Below, piece by piece: positions 1 through 12,400 of a stretch of DNA of 42,854 nt (position 1 is the first letter of the stretch; each line of letters opens with the position of its first letter). Origin of the DNA: Tubiluchus corallicola (Eukaryota > Animalia > Priapulida); contig JAQGDQ010001393.1 in assembly GCA_030141605.1 (NCBI GenBank), positions 1 through 42,854 of the forward strand, in the 5' to 3' direction. The translations under genes and the position numbers were made by a program. The notes under the pieces were generated by a model. The model searched no databases. It saw only the letters and a list, made by a program, of their open reading frames with translations, and was not told the origin of the DNA.

Positions 1-1400
1 ACGATGGGTGGTATAACCGATCATCACAATGGTGATTGTTTTTCAATCCCATTGAATGATTCGCATAAAAACAAAACCGCTTATTCAGAATCTAACGTGC
101 ACAGTTTGAAAAAGTTGGGCATTTTTAACTGAAAAATTAAAATGGGTCGCTGTGAGGCTCTGGCTTTCCCATACCATGTCTGCAGTGTAACCCAAATGCA
201 CATAGAAATTGCAACAGTTTTGTTTAGCCAGTCATCTACTTTCTTTTCTGATTGGACGCTACGGCTGATTTTCTTTTAAATCAGCAATAAAGCCAAAATG
301 ACATACCGAATGACCTGTGATGTGAGCTAATTTGTTATTCAAACGTCCCGATCTAGCATGTTTGTCCAGGGGCACTGGCCTGGCAAGCATCTTGAAATTG
401 ATAACGAAGTAAACTTTTGACGAGTTGAACGAACCAAGGAAGTTCTTACCATAGAAATCATCATTGTTCAATTGAGCTATATGCTATTCCAGTTGTTGTG
501 TCCAGGTCTAGTTGGAGTCCATTAGATCTGGAGGACGGATTTTGATTGAAAAGTTCCTACATTCGAGCGTCGAGTTCGTTCTGTAATTGACTGGTTAATG
601 TATGGTATGTATGTTTCATGTTTGGGAGAAGGAGGACAAAGACATCTTATGCTAAAGACTAAATGGCTCTATATTTCTGTGAGTAGAGGCAGTAGTTAGC
701 AGGAGTGAAGATAGAGGATAGCCAGAGCAAAGACAGGAGTTAGCTGTAGAGGAGTAAGAGAATCACAAGAGTGGAGATGCTAACAGGTGGAGTGCAAGTC
801 TCTCAGCAGGCCAAGAATTGAGCAACTTCTTTTCCTCACTTTTGTTACATTTTATGACTTTTCTTGTAACTTGTAAAAATTCTGGAATTTTACGCTTTGT
901 CGGAATGTTCACGGATTGTTGTTGATTAAGAAAAGAATGACATCAGTGCTGAATATTGCAGCCACTTCCTAGTGATCAAGATTTTTCCAAAAAACTATTA
1001 AAGGATCAAGCGCAAAAAGCAGTGAAATGATAAAGTCAATTGCACAAGGTGATCTAAAGTACAGGAGGAAAGAATATCAAAATATCTTGGAGTTTGTGCA
1101 AACCCGTTAAATCTGCACTTAACAAAAAGTGGGTGTGTTATTGAAACTATTGTTTTCATCTTATTATTAGGGAGAGGTTGTAATGAGTTTAGCAATAGAA
1201 TTGGTCTGATGGAAACTGGTTTGTGTAAGTGCATACAAACAGATAGCAGAGAAGGTGATTTTTTAGTGTTCTCTGATCAAAGACGAACTCAAAGAGAAAA
1301 TTCCAACTTCACTTCCTTCTAGGCAACTTAAGAACAGGATAGATAAGAAGCAGAGATGCTATTTATGCGTTTGCAGAAATTGTTAAATGTGTTAAAGAGA
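1..1400 (-). mobile_element. Heavily decayed LINE, APE-endonuclease region
   Basis: Minus-strand degenerate motifs in the expected order: ILITRKWL (~960-985, cf. ITETWL), IRPP (540-529, cf. YRPP), GSFNS (435-421, cf. GDFN); many stops. Boundaries approximate. Confidence 0.4.
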
Positions 1401-1820
1401 AAATGTAGCCGAAAGAGCGTGGAGTTTATTTTTAAAAATGAGATGTCCAGTGACTGTAATTTTGTAATTAGACTGCTACCCGTAGATTAATAAAAAAATA
1501 AAAGTAAGAGTTGTTTATAAAATAGGGTAAATATTTTTATATTCAAATGTAAATCTGGCATAGTTTACTTGTTGTTGCAATTACGTTTTTGTATATAAAT
1601 CGCATTCCAATCTAGCTATATTAAAAAGGGTAATTACAATTTTTGTCAAACTTATAATGATTTTAATAAATTTCATACTGCTGCCTAGAAATAGAGGGAA
1701 TTTATGCATATTGTATTAAGATTGGGTGCACATTATGCATATTAATTTATGCACATTCTTTTAAGCGTACACATGTTTACAAACAGGGTGCACATTTAAT
1801 TATAGTAATTTCAATAAGCA

Positions 1821-1916
1821 TTAAGAACATATCTCATAAGTTACAATATCAGCTACAGCTTGATTTACTGATCCCACTTGTATATAATATTCTCCTTGGT
1901 TATTGTAAAATGGACC
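1821..1916 (-). CDS. CPED1: CPED1-like terminal coding exon 11
   Basis: ttttcag|GPFYNNQGEYYIQVGSVNQAVADIVTYEICS*; ATTAAA on minus strand at 1800-1795. Confidence 0.85.
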   Translation of the reverse strand, partial: GPFYNNQGEYYIQVGSVNQAVADIVTYEICS

Positions 1917-4900
1917 CTGAAAAGCAGAAAAAAATAATTGTTATCTTCATTTCTGAAAATAACTCAACTATCTTTTGCTTTAAATTGCAAATAATATTTG
2001 ATTTAATTTTCAAGCATTCGTTTGCATATATCATATTTTCTTTACTTTCCATGCTTAACATCACAAAACTACTGAAGATTTTGTAGTAAATATACAGCTA
2101 ACTTGAAGCACCTGAACCTTGGTTTAACGTACGTTAAGATATTTCTTGGGAAAAATTAACAAAAAACTATTACAACATATGTGTTAGTTATGCGCCCTAT
2201 TGCTAGTAGCACTTTTTTGAGATAAACTAATATCGACTGACATAGTGAAAGCTTGCATAAACCTTGTTTTGTCTAGACTTACCTTGAAGCTATGAAAGTG
2301 ACATTGTGAAGGTCCTAGTCGGTAATCTCTAAATCTTGACATGGTTGGGTGAAATGCATCTACATAATGTACTCCAAAATTTTCTTCCACATAATTTATT
2401 AGTTCTTTCGTTTTATTTAACATGCTAAGAGGTCTTTTCTAAAATATAAATGAGATTCGTATCAGCGTATTACAATGGACATTTGACCACTCACTTTTTC
2501 TATTTACAGGAGTGCATGTTCGAAACTTCAACAAACAATATATTTAGTGTTGTGAGAGGTGGGATCATCCTGAGCCAATGCAAAGCATGTAGTCGTGGTT
2601 AAAATGGTTAACTTTCTTCATTTTAGGCCATCTTCAGGAAACAAACTGTAAATAATACAGAGATCCTAGTCCAATTTGTAAAAAATATTTATTAATAAAC
2701 ATGTACATATTAATATGCAATTAATATATATTATTAACTATATATATATAATAAAGCTATATATTATTTCATAATTCTCAATATTCTTAGCCAAGGTGTT
2801 TTATAAAGACGGCCTGGGAAAAATGGGCAGAAATGTTACATGGTATTTTTCGTGGGCGTGTGCCCTCCTCTGGATATATGTAGTACTAACGTGCACTTTT
2901 TGTGTCTATACTTTAATGGCGCGTTATGACATACAGCATTCTCTCACAAATTGTTGAGCAACTTCATGTTTTGCAATAGAATATTAGACAACTACCATGT
3001 TTATTCCAACTGTATCTGAAGATGCAGGTCCTTTTCCATACAAGAATCCGCCCACCACTCCCTTGATAATCAGTTTAATATCGCTTAAGTTTTCCCTGCA
3101 AAATTTTGTAGCAAGGATTAGTTAAAAGACCGATTTTTCACCTCTGTCTAATATTAAGCGGTTACATGTTTATACGTATTATAAAGAATATGAATGAAAT
3201 CGCCGAACTTAGATAAACGTGTGAATTGCTGAATAAAGAAACTAAAAGAAGAAAGCACAGCTTATCAATATTAATAAATATTTCTTAGGCGATTATGCCA
3301 TTATAGAAGCATTATAGTTATTTAATAGTTATTTACTAGCCGTAGTAATAATAGTGGTAGTGGTTGTGGTAACGGTAGTGGTAGTGGAGGTGGAGGTGGC
3401 AATGGTACTGGTATTGGCAGTGCTAGTGGTAGTGGTAGTGGTAGTGGTAGTGGTAGTGGTAGTGGCACTGGCAGCGGCAGTGGCAGTGGTAGTGATAGCA
3501 GCATCATCAGTGGTTGCGACAGTAGCAAAGGTAAAGGCGAAAGAGCTATAGAAGTAGTGCTAGTGGCTGTGATACTGTTTGCAGTAGCAGCAGTGGCAGT
3601 GGTGGCGGTAGTGCTTGTAGCAGTAGTAGTAATAGTTGTAATAGTAGTAAAACTGGTAGAAGTAGTGGTAGCAGTGGTGTTAGTGACGGAGGCAGTAGGA
3701 ATAGTGGAAGTAGTAGTGGTAATGGCAGTTGTTCATAAACTTATAGAATAAGTTTGACTCTTTGAAGGGAGATATCATTGTAAGAACAAATAATATCATT
3801 TCAAGAAGAAACAGATAGGAAAATACGCCAGTTGAAGCAAGCCAGCGCTAGTGTGAAAAAAATTATTTGATTCAAAATCATCGGTATGTATAATCCATAG
3901 AAGCCAATGCTCGAGCTCATAATTTAATCTTGTTCGAAGTACGAGAGGAAAACTTAACTATTGATGAGGAAACACACATTGAGATAGCAAACGACGAAAA
4001 TAAATACCAAGCTATTTTTTCAATAATTTCTTAACGTCCACTTATCGAAGACTGTACCAGATATAGGAAAATCTGTAGGCAGTGCTACGGAAAGTCGCCC
4101 TCTCGAGGTCGTTTTGAGAAACAAACTCGATCGAACTAGAATTTTTGGAAAAAAAACAAATATTTGAAGGTTTCTAGTTCCACACTTATGACCAGAAAGC
4201 ATATGACATAGTTAATCGAAACAAGTTGTTGGAAATGATGGCTTTCAAAAAATGGCTCTTAAAAGGTTTCTCAAAGCTGTTGGCGGAACCTTCAAGTGTC
4301 ATTGAGAGTGAGACGTTTGACTCTAGCAGAGGTGTTCGGCAAAGAAGTTCTACAAGTTCTTCTCAAATTACGTTATTGACTCAGTTAGTTTGTCACAAGA
4401 TGACGAATGGCTTGAATATTTGCACCAGTTATTACTGCCGCAAACGAAATCGATGCTTCATCTATCTAAGTCCCAGTTTATGGTGAACAATTTTGTGTCG
4501 GCCACGTTAAAGTCGAATACACATGAAGTTATGTTTATTTGGGATCCATAACAAGCAGCTCGTCTATATCTCACTAAGCTGAGACTCACATGCAAACAAT
4601 GCAGTCACATATTCGTAAGTTCTCACTATTTTAGACAAGAACGCAGATGAGCCTTATTTTGTAAAAAGAACTGTCTGGCAAAGTGCTCTGAAAAGCGCTA
4701 TTCTCTATGGATGCGAAACCTGGTGGACAAAAAACCTATCATATGTTTCTCAGCCTACATTACAGTCCTTAAAAAATGCTTGGTGTGCGTCAACAGATTT
4801 TTACTGACATTGTTCATACTGAGAGTGGTATTGCTTCGTGCAGAGCTGAGATTTGGGCACGGCAACGGAATTTCATAAACAGGTACAGAACATGCCAATT

Positions 4901-7900
4901 TTATATAGGAAGTTGTTACAGAAAGCGTTAGTTCTTGCTGTCTGTAATAATACACCCTTGGGAGCTGTCTCTCCTGGGGGGGGGGGAGTAAACCCCTACC
5001 GGGTGCATCCCCCGGGTGGCGGATTGGGGACCCCTGGCTCACGAGCCAGGGTGCTCCGAATATTCAAATAAGGAGCTGTGGACCAAATCCTTCAGGATAG
5101 ACCTAGCAAGTCACTGAAGTATTTTTTGCTCAAGTAACTCATGGCGAACACAACCGAAACAACGGCCCCCAGTCCCCGGCAGCCCTTAAATGGGACTGGT
5201 GGATGTGGAGGAGGAGAAGACGTATGAAGACAGAGACACCTGGAGAGACGTTATCAAGTGTTCGCCGACTGACAGATGAAAATCTACCAGGAGGATGGTA
5301 AGAAGGTGAGAAGGAGCTATCTCTGGTTTCGAGATTCAATATACCGAGATCCTTGGACTGGCTTTCTAGAATCATGCATACTGGTTATTCGTTGCTCTCT
5401 ATCAACCAGAATAAATACTTATTTAGCCATGAATCCGTCGCTAACCACTCGTCGCATTTATCAGATGTATGAAGTACCCTCCCCGCACAAACGTCTATGC
5501 ATTCGTGGTCTTGAGCAAAAAAACAAAAGAAGAACACATCGTGTGTTGTTGTAGTTAAGCGAGTGATCTTAGAACTAATGATGAAGTGAAGTTTAGTTCA
5601 TTAGATGCCTTTATGGACTCGACTCCACCCAAGTGCCCGCCACTATAATTGTCTTTCAGGGCAAAGGAGTTCAACTGACAGTAACGAAATTGTGCGAACT
5701 TTTTTGTCTTTGTGTGTTTTTTGTTTTATTTTTTGTTTTTTTTCAATAGTATTGTTAGATCACTTGTTGTTCTTTCTGGATATAAGATGTATTCTGTTAT
5801 TTTACTAGCAATATGTCTCACTCTGTGTAGTAAGATAATATTTGTCAATAAATTACTGCTAGTATTATTACTAGCAGTGCTAGTGATAGTTGTCAATGTA
5901 GTGGTACTTCAAGTGGTAGTGGTAAGGTAGCGGTAGCAGTAGCAGTAGTGGTGTGATAATGGTAGCAGTGGCAGTGGTAGTGGCTGCAGTAGTAGTATTA
6001 GTGAAAGTGTCAGTCGTAGTGGTAGTAGTAGTGGCACTAGTAGTGTTAACAATAGTGGTAGTGGCAATAGTAGTATTAACAATAGTGGTAGTAGTAGTGT
6101 TAATAATAGTGATAGAGGTAATTAAAATGGATGTGGTAGTGGAATAGTGGCAGTGGTAAAAGCCGTAATACATTTCAATTTATGGATCCCACCTTTTCAA
6201 CATGCTTCGCAGCAACTCAACATTCGTAACATCTGTCCAATAAGCACCTCCAAATATCAAGATAGTTTGTTTTCCCGATTTAAGTTTTACTCTAAAAAGT
6301 AAAAAATAGGCATCGTACAAGATATCGATATACAAAAAAGTGATACACAATAAAGGAACACCTAGGCGTATTCAATGTTAAATTTTTAAAATTGTTAATT
6401 TATGATTGCCTTTTGTAAACGAACCAGATCTAGAAAAAATATAGATGAACCAGATTTAGACGAAATTGTTCTCCTCTGCAAGTTGAACAAAGAAAGAAAG
6501 ACAGAGAACTAAAACTGTGGTAAAACTAGTAATTAAAAACATTTCAAAAGAAAAAAAATAAACTGTTACCCCAACACACTTGTTAATTAAACTGTAAAAC
6601 GCCTTGTCGATGTTAATTGCCGATTGTCGATGACGTGTATATTGAAAGTAAAAGCTCGCATTATTTTCGTTGCTATAAAATGTAAAATTCTGGAATTTCA
6701 GATGTTGATTATAAAAAGCTACTCCATGGTTGTGGTTTTGCAGGATGTCATGGAAAACACTGCGCAATGTGGAGTCACCAAGGAATAGAAGCTGAAATTA
6801 AAAGACATGAGAATTAGCTAGCAAATCAACATAATCCATTAATTATAAGTAACCGTCTCAAACCCAAGTAATGTATAACTGCTTAAATCTACTTTAATAT
6901 TAATAATAAAATGTTTTTGGGGTATATTTATTTATATGTGTGTAAGTTTGGAAGCTACAGCTCCAACGGCGTTGCCATTTTAGATGATCTGTATATCAAA
7001 GGAAAGGTCTTAATCTAGTGTCATGTTCTTTGCTTTCTAAGTGCAAGTTAAACAGGCATATTGATGTTAAATAATATACCAATTTGTGCTTAAGTGCGTG
7101 TAGAATATGTTTCTGATATTTAAATAGTGATATAGAAGTGAAATATACCGATTTCGTGTGTAGATAACTTGGCAAATTTGTAATAACCTGACACTTTACA
7201 ATAGACAGGCAGGCAGCACTTCAATTAATCGTAATCACATTAACCCAAAAAACTGTGGCTATTTTGTTACTACATGCTGAAACGTTTACAAGCAGTCAAC
7301 CTTGCAATCTAGAACAAGTTGCAGAAAAAGGTCTGAGACAATTAAACATCATGGCTGAGGTACATCATAGCTATTGTGTGTGACAAAAATTCTTAATGCT
7401 TCACAATGCAAACAGAAAAACACTCAGGCAGTGCTAGCCTTAGCCACATGGTTACAGCAGATCATTCTCAATCTAAGAGCAATAATTATTCTTGGGCAGA
7501 GATAGTCTAACGATACAAATTACCCTGAAAGCGTGGAAGGTGACCAACAAGTCAAACTTTAACCGAACAAATGGTTACAGCTACCAAACTATTACAAACA
7601 ACAACAGACGTCGTAATAATTACTTAAGTACTGTGAGCTTTGCAGGGTGAAGCAAGAAAAACATGCATAGAAAATCATAAGAGCATGAGCCACAAACTAT
7701 TAAAGATAGAGCGAACGGTGGACAAATTAGATACTAGAATCAATAAATGGATAACAGGGCTGGGAGGCTACTCTACCAGCCAAATATTTGTCATACTGCG
7801 AAGCTACTAAGAAGAATCGAAACCAACCATACTATGAATAACCTAAAACTTTCGTCACAGCATCGTCTACATCAGTATGACCCGGAGTGCACCCTGTTAA

Positions 7901-9372
7901 CATCGTGAGAGACATTAACATCGTTAACAATAGTATGAACAAAAAGAAGGACGTTGGCGTGCAGGATTTTTAGAGGGAATATTCAGATTCATTTAGCCGA
8001 AAATTCAGCTGTAAAAGAAATGCTTGATAACTGGCAAGCAGAATTTCTGGGTGTTGACACAACCACCTGAGACCCGTATATTCGCGCTCATGCTTATTAC
8101 GAGACTTGGACACCAGCATCAGTAATGCAATTATAATAAAATTCTTTACTGCTGTTAAAATTACACATCGATGAACTGTAAACTACATTCCAAAAACTGA
8201 TAGTGTTATCAGTGCTTCCACTGCTGTGTGCAATAGTGTTAAAAATGAAATTACAATTAAAAACACAAGTTATATTATAATTAATTACACTAAAACTTAA
8301 GATACATTTAAGAGTTTAAAACTTTACAATATTTACAAATTGAAATTCAAGTTAGGTGCTTTATGGATGTTTTGTTTAGTAAAATGAGTGTTTTGTGTGT
8401 GGTGGGTTTTACGTTGTTGATATGATGTTATTGTTGACAGGTTTTGATATACCATTAACTACAGACTACTGGGTGAACTTTGATAATACGTGTTATTTGA
8501 TGTTTTCATTTTTAGTTATTTTTTGAAGGCTACTATAGTATTTTTCAGTTCATTTTTAAATTTTTTTAGAGTCACTACATATTTTTCATTAAGTGGGCAC
8601 GAATTCCGTGTATTTATTGCCGCTTTGCAGACTGAATTGTGTCCATATTGATTATTTGTGTTTATTTGTTTTATGCGGTGTGTTCTTTGGTTTAGCGTTT
8701 TTTTTCGATATTAAATGGACGCTGATTGGCACTGAAAGCTGGCATCAAATCGTTTAAATATTTATAAAGAAAAAATTGTGAATGAAATTGGAAATTGGAT
8801 TCTTAAGTGGGCATTTAGTTTTTCTCTGTTCGCTGTTGCTGAATATTTTCCTCTTGTTGTGAAGCCAAGAACGTGTTTTAAAGCGTAATTCTGGGTCACT
8901 TCTAGCCTGTTTAAAGAAGTCATATATATATATATATACATTAGTGATTAGTGATGCAGATGCGTTGAGTGACATTAACAAATATTGTAAAACCGTAAAT
9001 CTAGAACACTTTAAGAACAAAGACGGGAAATTACTACCAATGGCGAAGATCTTTTTCGATGCAATAATGATCTTACTGAAGCAATCAAATTGGCATCCCA
9101 ATCGGTCAAATAGGCGAGGCCAGGGAAAGTGGGGCGTGTGAGGCCCCTTTGGGGGGGGGGGGAGCGCCGGGGGCGGGCGCTACCGTGGTTGGCGCCCAGA
9201 AAATTTTTGAAGTGCTAGAACGCCGGAGAAGCATTTTTGAAGAGAAAATATGGAGTTATACAGTTGTTAAAGGAAAGAACAATTGAAAGAAAAACTGCTT
9301 TATTCTCAAGGCCAGTCCTTAATACTTGCCAATACTGGCAAACGGCGAGCGTGCGGCAAGAGAGAGAGAGAG

Positions 9373-9449
<77 letters not shown>

Positions 9450-12400
9450 CTGGTGAAAGTAGGCAGTATGTTCGCATAAAGCAAAAAAAAGTTACCTTGG
9501 CCCCGTGGAAGTATCCCCATTTCCCCCCCCCCTTGAAATAGGCCCTGCGAACTACTGCGTAGCTAAGTGGTGCAACAGAAGTGTAAAGTGCGGCAAATGA
9601 ACGGAACAACACAAAACAATTGAATGCGAAGAGAACCTACACAAATGTGAAAATTGCAGCGAAGCTCAAGTACTGGGCAACGTATTTAGCGGAAGTAAAT
9701 ACATTACATCGCCTATAGAATGGTTTACCAACCTACAAACAGTAACAATGCCGTAAGAAAAAACAATGTTACGCATTCAGGCAACGAAATGAAAATGTGC
9801 CACATTACACCTTATCGCAAAGATCGTAGCTAATGCTTAACAAATATGCCAAGTATAACGTCATTGGTGTACAAGAGACAGAGCTTACGCAGCAAAGTTA
9901 GGCCAACAAAACAACCTTAAACCCACTAGAAACCCGCACACTTTAGAGGTGCGATTATAATACCAGGCACAAACAAAGATCTAGACATAATATGGGTAAT
10001 TGTTAATACAAAACGATCTAAACTTTCAATAGGCTCAGTGCATATTCGCCCTAACGCGGCAGTTGCATCTAAACTACTGCTGGAAAAGATTATTACGTCA
10101 GCGAATCAACTATATATTAGCACTAGGTGATTTTTATGCAAGATGGGAACTTTGGACAGAGTAAAGAACGACCACGATAAATAACTACGTAAGTGGCTTC
10201 TTGACAGCGACAGTGAATTTGAGATCGCAACACCTATGGATTCAACTTTCAGTTCAGTTACGGGTTGCTGCACAATTGACAATATTTGGATCACAAAATT
10301 TTTCAACAACGCCTTTTGGATGCAAGCGCGTGGTGCCATCCTTTTGTTTGTTTTTTTGCTGAATTAAGCTGTTGATAGACAGGTGAGCTAGGACAGGAAA
10401 CAGGCAATTGGCCTCATCTTGGTGACAGGATAGGAAAGAAGTCATTCTTGTTCAATATGTCGTTTTTGTCGTTTTATAACAAAATTTTGTCAGTCGAGTT
10501 CTCTTTTAGCAAGTTAGTAAGATGCGGCAAAGATGTAAGTTTGATTTCTTCATATTTCGTCGTATTCATTATCATTATGCCAATTAATTAATTTCTTGAG
10601 TTGGATTAGCAGAAACTGTTTTTATTTGCTTCAGATAAAACAAACTCGAGCCGCACATAATATGTCAGTCAGTCAGTCAGTTAAGTGTGTCATGATGTGA
10701 TAGTGATTTTTGAATATGACGATGATTAGCCATTTCGGATAATAAATATTCACAAATTACATCTAAAAGACTGTTGGACCTGTATTTAGCGCATGTCGAG
10801 GGTAACATCACAAACAGTAGACAAAGACGGAGAATGTTAAGCGGTGCACTAGGTAGTGGTGACTACTTTTAATGTCCAAAGCGAAACGCCTCTGCTAAAA
10901 TGCAAGGTTTACGATTTCTCGCATGAAGACTGGAATGCATGGTCACACGCGCTAGCAAACAATATACTAGGGGAATTTTCCTGCATTTTAGAGCATGTAA
11001 AAAATGTAACTATATCGCGGGACTCACTACTGAAATCATTCAACAATGCGAATGAAACTGTGATTCAGAAGAAAAAACAATTAGAAATCATAGTAAGCTT
11101 TTCTGGGCAAACAAACTATCACTGTTATCCAGCAAAGCGCGCATGTTGAAAAAGAACTACGTTTCTCAAATGGTACAAATAAAGCAGCGTTCTTGGAAGC
11201 TAACGAACAATTTGACGTCTCTCTCACGCAAGAAATGGACGATTTAAACGTTGCACAACGAAAAGATTTTGGAAAACCTATAGGAGATAAACGAGATGTA
11301 AACATTGAAACATTCGAAATGCAAAATAGCTATTACGTTGTAGATCAGGAAAAAGCGGAATCTTATAATTATGGTTGGCATAGGTGTATGGTTTGCATAT
11401 AGACCAGTCTGAATTTGACCATATGTGGCTTCGGCAAGTTTGACTTTTTTAGCCAACCGCTCCCACAAACAGATGGATATTTGTGGCTCAACGACAGTAT
11501 CATCATGGAGGAAGTAAAACAAGCTGTTAGAAACACAGATTTAGATACAGATGGCTGCTGTCCACTTATGATACATAATATGGGGTTTTGGGCAAAATCT
11601 GTTTTCTTGCATTCAGTAAATATCTGTTTGGAACGCAGAGTATGGCTTTGGCAATAGGCAAATGTGATATTCATTAAAAAACCTGGCAGATCGGACTGCA
11701 GTAACCACGCAATTATAAGTCAATAACTATAACCTCATATTGTGGAAAACTGACAGAAAAAATGATAGAAATCGCTACGTCTGTTCTTTTATGATCAAGG
11801 ATTACTAGAGGGATTTAAGAAGTACCACACATCTAGTCAGATTGATATCTAATAAAAATCACGAATTAATACAAAAACAATGTGTCCTTGACAGTACTCT
11901 GTGATTATAAGAAAGAATTTGATAATGTGCGGGTTGAGGGCTTGATTTGGAAATTATATAACAGTGAAATTCAAGGTAACTAGTTAGCATTAATTGTATA
12001 GTTTTTAAAAGATCGAAAAATATGCCTGAAAGTAATATAGTATGTTTTTGTCACCGTAATATTCATGCCACAAGGATCAGTATTATCACCTATTTTATTT
12101 TTGTTTTATTTCGCTGACATGCTCTATGGACGAAATCTTTAAAAAATTAGATATGCTGATGATAGCAGCTTGTTTGTGGCAGCTCAAACAATGTACAAAA
12201 CATATCAAGCGGCACAAAGAAATTGTGCTGTACGTGGCGTATGAATATAAGCGGCGCAGTTAATAAAAATGAAGCTACTATATAAAAATTCGTTAAATCA
12301 AAAGTACGAACCTAACCCGCCTTATTTGAAATTCGGTAAGGCACAAATCTCCTATATCGACAAATAAAATTATCTGTCGCTTATCTTGTCACAGTGAGGT

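Noticed and set aside
2470-2650. Possible extra CPED1-like exon after TTTACAG
   Set aside because: Stops in all three frames; flanking exons join in phase.
3322-6173. Poly-V, poly-T and PL ORFs
   Set aside because: Trinucleotide microsatellite translations inside an intron.
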